A stretch of DNA of 64,000 nt from Rhodosorus marinus CCMP1338 (Eukaryota; Plantae; Rhodophyta): contig JAMWBK010000005.1 in the NCBI GenBank assembly GCA_029953675.1, positions 1,240,001 through 1,304,000 of the forward strand, given 5' to 3'. Below are positions 55,200 through 64,000 of this stretch, piece after piece (position 1 is the first letter of the stretch; each line of letters opens with the position of its first letter). A program made the position numbers and the translations under genes. The notes under the pieces were generated by a model. It did no database searches and had not been told where the DNA came from. It saw only the letters and a program-made list of their open reading frames with translations.

Positions 55200-57026
55200 C
55201 TATTTGAGACGATTTTCGTTAGACATTCCCCTACCAGAAGAACCTTCATTCATCCGCTCGCGAACGCCTTCCCGGACGCAGTCTTCGAGAAACGTAATTT
55301 GCGTCCCTGGCTCCGTTTTCCGTTCACTCAAGAAACGTATGATTTCGTAGGAACTGCTGCCCATCTCCAGACCGAGTCGCACAGCGTGACGCAGCGCCCG
55401 GTCACTAGCCAAGCCGAGTTTCTCGTAAGCCCTTATCACGCGAAGAATTGCCCTCGGGTTTCCCGTTGTCCCGATGAGCATCACTAGCCTCTCGCAAAAC
55501 CTCGCACTTTCAAAGTTCTGCCTCACTTCGCCACACCGCTTGAGCATCCTGAGCAGCAGGGGGGCGTATTCCGTTCTTTGATCTCGGATAAGTGCTTCAA
55601 GCGCGATGTTCAAGGTTGATATTGAATGTGGAACTCCGGCTTTGCGCATGAGGTCAAACGCCTCATCGATCGAGGTATCGGCTGTGACGCGCTCAGTCGA
55701 GTTCACGCAGGCGGTGAATAGGAACTTGAACGTCTTGGAATTAGGGAGGACCCGTGTTCGGCGCATACTCAATACCGTGTCGAATGAGTCACGTAAGCAG
55801 CCTTTTTCACTCAGTGATCGAAGCAGGGAGTTGTAACTCTGCACGTCTGCTCTCATTCCCAGTCGTTTCAGCAGCAGCTTCGCCTCCTTTATGTACCCCA
55901 GCTTCGCCACGCATTTGATAGCCGCATTTACTGTCTCAATATTCGTTGATGGAACGTGTATCTCTGATACCAAAGCCCACAACGATTCCTCATCGCCCTG
56001 AAGCGTGAAGAAGCGCATTAGAATCGTCCGCAGAGCTAGATCTGGGTGGACGTTATGAGCCTGCAAGATTTCTATAATTGTTTCCGCCGCTCGCAGATGC
56101 TTGTTCTTCACCAGCAAATGTAACACAGGATTCATTGCTGGCGCGTTCGGCACGACCTTCGCTTCCTGCATCCTATCCACCATGTCCATCATCATCTCTA
56201 TCTTCCCATGCCATGCGTACATTCTCAGCATAACCGAGAAGGAAATCAAGTCCGGCGTTACAATCTTACGGAACACTGCCTCGGCCTCGTCGATCTTCCC
56301 AAGCCTCGAAAACGCATCAAGAACGCTTGTCCAAACGACGTCAGATACGTTCATCCCTTCATCGATCATCAACTTAACAATCCTCACTGCTCCGCTAGGG
56401 TTTCCTTCACGGGCGTACGCTGTGGTTAGGGCGAGGTAGTCACCTTGATCGAGAGGGTAGGAATTCTCTCTAAACATCTCGTGAACAAGTTCCGCCGCAT
56501 TACCGTCTGCGTTTCGGCCACAAACTCGTAGTGCAGTCGATAAGAGTTCCCTTTCTGGCCCACACCCCGAGTTTGACGCAGAGTCGCTTTTGAGTCGCTC
56601 AAGCAGGGAAATGACACAAAGCATCGCCTGAGTGTCGCGACCCATTACAGAAATTGATTTTTCGGTGGTTTTCAGAACTTCATGGTAGACATCCTGTGCA
56701 ACGAGCTCTTCACTTGAACTCTCAATAAAATCAAGGACGTTGTCTATAACTGCTTGTGGATACCATGCGGAAACGTAGCGAATCAAGTCCAGCTGAAAGT
56801 TATCGCTAGAGCTCAGCTCTGCAATGGTACACTTCGCAACGTGCCTCGCATTCTGGAACCGCTTCGTCAGCAAGGCGACACTCAACTCCTGAAGCTGCCT
56901 GCGTTTGAAATAGTTGGGCCATGACTTTTTTTCTGCTTCACCTATTCTCCTGCCGGCGAAAAAGTATGCACTCCATGGCATCCTGGTTTGACCCAGCTTC
57001 CGTATAGAGCGAGCGCCGTTGCTCAT
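55200..57026 (-). CDS. Pentatricopeptide repeat (PPR) protein, probably organelle-targeted
   Basis: Intronless 608-aa ORF with tandem ~35-aa P-type repeats: DYLALTTAYAREGNPSGAVRIVKLMIDEG, VWTSVLDAFSRLGKIDEAEAVF, SFSVMLRMYAWHGK, SYNSLLRSLSEKG..MRRTRVLPNSKTF. Confidence 0.92.
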   Translation of the reverse strand: MSNGARSIRKLGQTRMPWSAYFFAGRRIGEAEKKSWPNYFKRRQLQELSVALLTKRFQNARHVAKCTIAELSSSDNFQLDLIRYVSAWYPQAVIDNVLDFIESSSEELVAQDVYHEVLKTTEKSISVMGRDTQAMLCVISLLERLKSDSASNSGCGPERELLSTALRVCGRNADGNAAELVHEMFRENSYPLDQGDYLALTTAYAREGNPSGAVRIVKLMIDEGMNVSDVVWTSVLDAFSRLGKIDEAEAVFRKIVTPDLISFSVMLRMYAWHGKIEMMMDMVDRMQEAKVVPNAPAMNPVLHLLVKNKHLRAAETIIEILQAHNVHPDLALRTILMRFFTLQGDEESLWALVSEIHVPSTNIETVNAAIKCVAKLGYIKEAKLLLKRLGMRADVQSYNSLLRSLSEKGCLRDSFDTVLSMRRTRVLPNSKTFKFLFTACVNSTERVTADTSIDEAFDLMRKAGVPHSISTLNIALEALIRDQRTEYAPLLLRMLKRCGEVRQNFESARFCERLVMLIGTTGNPRAILRVIRAYEKLGLASDRALRHAVRLGLEMGSSSYEIIRFLSERKTEPGTQITFLEDCVREGVRERMNEGSSGRGMSNENRLK

Positions 57027-57225
57027 GTTAACTCAAGTACTTAAGTTTTCTTCTATGAAAACGTGGACCTGAACCACCGCAAGCTCATGACTGATCATCA
57101 AACTCATACGTTACTACGCCCTTGTCCTCAAATTCCGATTTCATAGACAATCAAAGCGGTTCAGTTCTACTACCCGCCCATTTCAACCCATTTCAGAGTC
57201 CCAACAACAACCCTCCGCTCCATTC

Positions 57226-57279
57226 CAAAATCCCCTCAAAATCCCCTCAAAATCCCCTCAAAATCCCCTCAAAATCCCC
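57226..57279. repeat. Perfect 11-bp minisatellite (CAAAATCCCCT) x4.9 upstream of the PPR gene
   Basis: Directly visible: caaaatcccct repeated from 57226 to 57279. Confidence 0.9.
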
Positions 57280-59299
57280 GTCCTTCGGAGCTTTGAGGAA
57301 CCAAACAAAGTGTTACAATACTTTCATGCTCAGATCATGAACAGGAGATTTCGAATATGCAACCAGAACCAACAAAAACGGAGGAAGCAAAGGCAAAAAC
57401 ACGAAACCAGGGCCTGGAAAACCTTCAAAGTTTGACGCAACCTGCAAACTGGAAGATATAAACCCTTCTCCCGGAAATGATCATCCTCAACACAAACTAA
57501 ATCCTGCTCTCAACTTAACCGAAATCTTCTGAAACCTCTCAAAATGCGGCCCACCAATTAAACCCCTCCGCGACCAACCACAACAAAAACAGAAGAAAAG
57601 TTCAAGACCCCTTCAAGACCCTTCAGCGCCACACACAGACCTCACAAAAAGAGCCTAATCTTCCGTAAACAAACCTATTTGCTTTGTCCACGATTCCAAA
57701 CCTCTTCTTTACAAACAGAGAAATCAGAGAACGCTATTACCAGACAAACTAGAAATCTTCTTCAAACTAAACACCACTGAATCAACATGTTCCTTCGCCT
57801 TCCCCCACGAAATCTCTTCCGTAGCACCCTCACCGGCTCCCCGAGGTCCTATAAATGCCTCCTCACCAGTGAGCAAACCAACTTCTTTCTTCACGATTCC
57901 AAACTTCTCCTCCTATATGTATATCAAAGAAGGATTCTTACCACAAGACTTCTGATCTTCATCCGACTGGCTCCCGTGGTCTTCTCTTCTTCACCTCGGA
58001 GCTTGCTGCATCATCGCCAGGATCTATTAGAAACACATTGCAACTGAAGATGATATTAGTGTTTTGGGAGGGGTGAACGGGATGTCTGCTGGGACTCGTA
58101 TCTGGTTCCTCCAGGAGGATTGTTCAGTCCAGAGGATCGCGCCTGAATGTCCATTAATGACTGGATGCCAGCTCAGCCACCGTCAACTCGAGAGAAAATC
58201 TGCAATAGCTTCGAGAGCCTGACTTTTTTGGCCGAACGGTGGACCTCGCGTTCCTTCATAAAGTAACGAAGCGGAGCACTTCATACGCAGCTTTACAGGA
58301 TTAGCTCTGAAGCTATACTTTAATAACCGGACTCACCCTGTTGATCCAAGAGCAAACAAGAAAAGGAGTCTTCCTGAGATGAAAGTGAAATGGACGCCCG
58401 GACGGGGTACGGATCAAGCGCATGTAGACATGCAGGCGCATTTTCATGCACCTGTCATATGCAGTAGTCCTACGTATGTGATAAATCCTGGGACAGGTGT
58501 TCGGAGTAGTCTATAGCACCGAAAACGAAGGTCTTGGATCCCAAAGTTCACGATGGTGCAAACCTACCCATGAGCTTATGAAGCAGATCCTAGTCCAATC
58601 CGAAATTAATCAATATCATAGGACATATCAAATAAATATTCTATTATTTAATATACGTATTTTCTTCTAAATGAAATAAAATTACTTGTATCCATAAAAA
58701 TAGTTATTTACTTTCCTTTTAATTTAATTAGGAATAAAGTTAGGAAAGGTCTTATTTGTAAGTTTTATATGATAGTTTTGTTGGTTTTAAACAATATATT
58801 TGAGAGTTTCGCAGATGTTCAATCATTTTTAGGTGGTGGAATTGCTTGACGGGAGGCTGGTTGGGTTTTGGGGTGCCGTACTGGATATTGACGCATCTCT
58901 CCTGTTCCGCGTGCTTGTGTATGTGATTTTCGGTGCCAACCTGGTCCACTGTAACAAATTTTTCTCCTTCTGGTGGTGATCAATTGTAATACCATCCCTC
59001 GAGTCGTTTACCTATGCCTGCGTAACCGGCAGCAGCTATTCTCGTCAGTACCTAAAACTTCAGCTACTAATCCTCCTCTGCGCCAAACGGTCTTCATCAG
59101 AAAAACGCTGCAATCGCAGCAATCGAATCCGCGAGCATCCGGCACACTTGCAGGAGAACAAGTAAAACATGCGCGAGAGGATGCATTCCACCGCCGACGG
59201 ATCTCTATCGAGCCCTCGCTGCCAGTCACGGCGTCCAGGTCACGAAGGACAGGAGTAGCATGTACAAAAACAAACCAAAAACCGCCTTGGCTCCCTCGC

Positions 59300-59476
59300 T
59301 CAATTAGAATCAGCTGCTCGCGCCTTCTCCTTGGCCCTGAGCCTCATAATATCTCGCCTGACTCCATCCTTCATCCGCGCAGCTTCAGCTTTCTGTGAAT
59401 AATGTACGTAAGCAATGGTAGCCGCAGTTCCAAGAATTGCTACCGCTAAAGCATAGTAACCGGATCTACTAGCCAT
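59300..59476 (-). CDS. PET117: Cytochrome c oxidase assembly factor PET117 (58 aa; below the ORF-track cutoff)
   Basis: MASRSGYYALAVAILGTAATIAYVHYSQKAEAARMKDGVRRDIMRLRAKEKARAADSN*. The TM segment, VHxxQ and GVxRD give the PET117 signature. Confidence 0.88.
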   Translation of the reverse strand: MASRSGYYALAVAILGTAATIAYVHYSQKAEAARMKDGVRRDIMRLRAKEKARAADSN

Positions 59477-60119
59477 TGTCCCTCACAATATAGTCTGCCA
59501 GGTGAAATGTTCGGGAGAATGGTGAATTCACACCCCACTTCTCTAACAAAGGTTGAGATTCACGTATCCGCGTCAAGCTATTCCGTCGCCGACGAACATC
59601 TTCCGACTCCCCCGTCCAGAAAACGATCCGCAACTTCTGTTTGTGTGGTTGGTCTGATAGCTTAAAGTCCTAGGTTCTTCCGGGTAATCCATGTATCCCC
59701 GGTTTTGATGGTCAGTCCTGATCCAAACGTTTTGAGTTTGGCCTGCTTGTAAAACGGACCCCGAGGCGAAGTCTCTCGTATTGTAGAGAACCAGTTAATG
59801 ATCAGGATACTGGTGAAGTCGAAGGAGAAATCAGAGCAGGCGGTTTTTGAGACTGTTCCAGCAACCCTTTCACTCTCTTTGTGGCGAGGACTGGTGTATA
59901 TCTTGAAAGCCTTGGTGAGAATCTCGTCAGATCGGTAGCAGAATCCTTGTCTTTGTATAGGGATGAAGATGGGCTAACTAATGTCTGAGCTCCTGTCTCT
60001 CTGTCTCTCTTACTGCTGGCTGCCTGACGTGGCTTTTCTTTGTCTATAACCCCCTTAGATTTTCACCACTTCGTGCAAAGCTAAACCCGCATTGTTTTCC
60101 AAAGAGGGAGAGCCAAGCA

Positions 60120-62032
60120 ATGGGGTTTGGAATGCGGGTGAACCCAACGAAGCTGGATGTTTCTGAATGGATGAACACTTCCGAATCCAGGTCAAGAACG
60201 CTCCAAGTTTCTGTACGGGTTTCACCGCTCACTTTGTTTCTGGCACCGTGCCTTACCTTTCCCGGCCCATCAAACATCCGATGGGATTCCTAACCGTTTT
60301 GTTGGTTTTCGGTTTGTCTTAGACTCCATATGAGGTTGCATGCTACTCGAGGACTGCCAATGGGGAGCTTAAGCTAGGTAACCACAATGCCATCCGTTCG
60401 TCATCCTTGAAAAAAATACCGTAGGCGACGATTCCTAACGAGGTCAACCTCTCCAGGAAGCCGAGCGGTGCTCAGAACGTATCTGCCACCCAGAACGCCT
60501 GTGGTAAGTACAACGGTGTTCAAGAATGCACGAATACCTGGAATCGTATCCCATCCGTCAGACACCTTTCCGATCTCGGACACCACCTAGCGAGGATTTT
60601 TACCTTGGATTGCTTTCACTGAGAGTTGGAGCTGTGCTTGCTTCGGATTTATTACTAGAGAACTGTTGCTCACGACCGCGCGATTACACTGGCCGCCCTA
60701 ACAGGATTTGAACACCGGCTTCGATACGTTCGTTGCTAAAAATGATTCTGTTGCGCATGTCGAGACGCTTGTTGATGCAGTCAAGTCCCAAAACTATGAT
60801 GTTTCAGAAAAGGTGACCTTGTCTTTATCGACCCGGCCACATGTGACTCTCCTAAATATCTGGAACATCTCGCTCTGCTCCGCATGCAAATTGTCAGGCC
60901 GACATTGTCACGTATCGCAACAACTTGAACAAGATCGCGTTGACTCCTTACAACGACAGAGATGTGTGGGAGCTTGACGCCTGCAGGGTGTCCGGCACAG
61001 TCTTTCTTGGTAAGTGCCCTTCAGTGACTCCACTTCATGCTGTAGAAGGCTCAGCAGAGGGGTTGTCGATTCCCCACAAATTTTTTTTCAGACATTAGGA
61101 GCACCAGCGAAGACCCCACTGACTCTCGTGGTAGACTGTTCACGTACTATGGCTACAAGTTTGAGCAAGTTTGCTGCAGTGCCGATCCCCTCGCAGGTAG
61201 GATCCCCGGAGGTAGCGCCGCTGCCCACACACACTATCTAACGAAGATGAAGCAAACCCCAACCACTTGGCAGACGACGGCCCTGTAGATGCAAATGAGG
61301 AGTTCTGCTCCATGGTACATCGACAAATTGGAAATCACAGAGTCCTTCTTTGTGCGGTACGAATATCAGTCGTCCTGGTGCATTAAACATCAAAGCTTCG
61401 CTTCAGTACTGAAACTGCTTTGGTCGAACAGGAAATTGACTGCGAGCATCGAGATGGACGGGAGACCTCGCCGTTGGATGGATACGTGGAGCTGAAAACA
61501 TCCAGGTAAAAGCCGGACCCGCTGGTGGCTCGAGCCTTCTCCCATTCAAAATCAATTTTTTCTCTTCTCTTCGCCTTGCAGAGAACCGAAACATCGTGGA
61601 CAATGGCGGAACATGGCCCGACAGAAGTTCCTAAAGTTTTGGGTGCAATCCTTCCTGGCTGGTGTACCGGTGATAAAGGTAGGCTCTCGGATGTTACAAC
61701 TCAAGCAGATGGCGAACCTTGAACCCTGAAGTCTGTTCTGTTCGTCATCCAAGCACGGTTTCAGAAACGATGACGGTGTGCTTTTGAAAGTTGAGACTTT
61801 GAAAACGAGATACATTCCTGCTCTGGCATATGATCTATGCGGAGAGGAATGGAGTACTGACGTGGCATTGAATTTCTTGTCGCACTGCCTGGCGTACATA
61901 AGAAAGGTGTGCAGAAATGAAGGATCCGTTTTTAGGATAAAGTACGATCCTACGCGCCGAGTCGTTGAAGCCGAACACGTTCCCGAAACCGACCTCGCCG
62001 GGAGAATTCGCATAGCCCTGGAAAGAAAGTGA
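60120..62032 (+). CDS. DXO1: Decapping exoribonuclease DXO/Rai1 family, many short exons; the start may lie further upstream (ATG 59798)
   Basis: Spliced: TPYEVACYSR..DLNTGFDTF..ADIVTYRNNLNKI..GTVFLD..YYGYKFE..EFCSMVHRQIGNHRVLLCA|EIDC..YVELKTS..LKFWVQSFLAGVPVIK|HGFRNDDG. All canonical catalytic motifs (R, GYKFE, ExD, ExK, Q) are present. Confidence 0.93.
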
Positions 62033-62631
62033 ACCGAGCTGAAGAATAACAAAAAAAAAGGGGTTGATGTTTCTGTTGGGCGTCGGAAGGACGCGCTGTC
62101 GTTAGCTTTGATGGGAAGCCTGCTCCCAAAGCCCGGTGCCCAATGGAGAAGTTAATAGGACATAATGTATGGTAATCGACCGCTTTGACTTTGCAGGGGC
62201 CCTTCAAAGGGATGATCCATTCTGCCAGCCTATGGAGGAACCACCAACATCGACCCGTCATTTTAGTCTAATGTTCATCACCATCTACAAAAACTGTCCC
62301 ATTCTCATGTAGGACAATTTGTCCCATCCCGTGATCATTTTAAAAGGCTCTTATTTTAAAAGAAAAAGGAAAACTCTGAGTGATACGTGTTGAGATCGTT
62401 TGCACGCTTTGAGAGCGTTGGCGGAGGAGCTGGCAGTCTACATAGAAGAGAAGAGTACTTAAATTGGAAGGAGAACGAGGGTTTTCTGAAGTGGGTTGCA
62501 TTTTTTGGGGGGATATGTTTAGGATTTGTTGTCTTACGCGCTTTTCATTGTCTTGAGGAGGGCGCGGGGTGGGAGCGGGGGGAGGGTGGAATGTATGGAG
62601 CAGTTTGATTGTTAAGGTTTGGCGATGAGCG

Positions 62632-64000
62632 ATGTTGAAGAGCATACAGAAGAGGCTGAAGAAGTCGCTATCCAAGGTAGGGGGTTTTTAAGAGCAGGGG
62701 CTCATCTAGGCCCAGGTGTTGATCGACGATTTGTTTCGAGTTTGTTGTCTTTGCTTCTTTTTTTTTTTGCTTTTGTTTGGTTTTTTTCTGGTTGTCTTAC
62801 TGGGTGAGTGGGTCTCTTGATTCTGTCCTCCCGGGGGGGGTTCTGTAGGTTGCTGCGGACGGGAGTGTGGTTGAAGATGAATCGAAACCTGATGAGGCAG
62901 AGGAATCTGCTGATGCAGTCCCGGCTGTGAGATCCTCATCCGTGGTTCCTTCCGCCGCGGTGGAGAGCACGAAGGGCGAGCGCACCAGACAAGGAGCAGA
63001 CGCGGCGGTGAGGACCTCAACAATATCCGGGGATGCGTTCGAAGTTTTTGACAGAGTGCGGGCGACAGGGTCACAACCACCGCCAGAGGATGCCGCTGTG
63101 AGATCTTCCTCGTTACATGCCTCAGCTCTGCAGGAGGAAGCAAGTACCACCTCTAAGGGACGTTTGAATAGAGAACTGTTTGTCAAGGTATGCAATACGG
63201 AAATCAGGAACGAACAGACTGGATACGATCCATGAAATCCCTCAACATTTACCATCTTGTAGGCTCGTGAGGATCATGCGTACGAGGAGAGTCCAGATAC
63301 AGTCGCTGCGAGATCAGGATCAGTTCTAATAGCCACTCAACAATCCATTGATCTTGAACTACCTACTTCCGATGACCAAGGCCAGCTACCGGATCTTGCG
63401 TATCGAGCAGAGTCGATCATGGGGAAGGGTGTGGAAAGCGCCGAACTGCATGCAGGGGCTCTCGAATATCGAAGCAACGAAGCAGCCAGTCCCTCTCAAC
63501 CCAGATCAGGTGGTTTGGGGAGCGAACACGCAGTACTCGACGACCGCGCAGGCAAAGCCAGTTCTGTCTTTCTGAGCGGGAGAGAAAGCATCACCTCTCA
63601 ACACGAGGATGCGCCATTGCACGAGGCGGCAGAGAAGACTGGCTCGATCTACCTCGGGGCCAGGGACAGCATGATTCCTGAACCAGCGGAGGCTGTGTCC
63701 ACTCGCGAAGCCGCGGACTCTGCTTCTAGAACAGCCTCCGTGTTCCTGAGCGCGAGAGAGAGCGTATTTAGGCCCTCTGAGGACGAGGATGTTTCTGCAG
63801 AGGTTGCTTCCGCTGCTAAAATGGATTCAGTCTACCTGAGCGCGAGGGAAAGCATGGTACTGGAGACGCCGCTCAATGCAGATGACGCTGCTGACGCTGC
63901 GAAGAAAACAGACTCTGTACACCAAGCTTCGTGGCAAAGCTTCGCACCTGGAGAAGCCACAGTGCTCGGTAAAGCCGGCGATACAGGCGATGCAGTTCCT
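62632..64000 (+). CDS. Acidic, Ala/Ser-rich repeat protein (~29-aa repeats); continues past the window end
   Basis: MLKSIQKRLKKSLSK|VAADGSVVEDESK...RELFVK|AREDHAYEESP... Both GT-AG splices are in frame. The last exon (from ~63263) is open for about 245 codons to the window edge. Confidence 0.8.

Noticed and set aside
57226-57279. Interstitial telomere repeat
   Set aside because: Only about 5 copies, and the unit matches no telomere motif I can confidently assign to this lineage.

Overview
Eukaryotic, gene-dense nuclear DNA (roughly 45-50% GC, estimated by eye) with many short GT-AG introns (mostly about 60-170 nt, CTRAC/CTRAY branch points). Nuclear VIPP1 and SufE-BolA genes carry simple, F-containing transit peptides and no signal peptide. 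That points to a primary-plastid alga, most likely a red alga (inference). After manual splicing I recognise PAM16, SufE-BolA, a pirin that looks pseudogenised, PSMD5, SelO (Cys form), SERCA, VIPP1, p24-delta, MAK16, a RING-H2 E3, mitochondrial EF-G2, an animal-HSL-like lipase, a PPR protein, PET117 (absent from the ORF track) and DXO/Rai1. Several intron-supported orphan genes are also present. I found no convincing rRNA, tRNA, CRISPR array or intact transposon. I also found no clear multi-gene novel system. The most interesting observations are: a 122-bp-arm inverted repeat built from two paralogous coding fragments; a pirin with an in-frame TAG at a conserved Trp; an acidic protein made of ~29-aa repeats carrying FFAT-like motifs; and a 2.5-kb patch of decayed, locally duplicated sequence. 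All gene models were spliced by eye, so internal boundaries are approximate unless stated.
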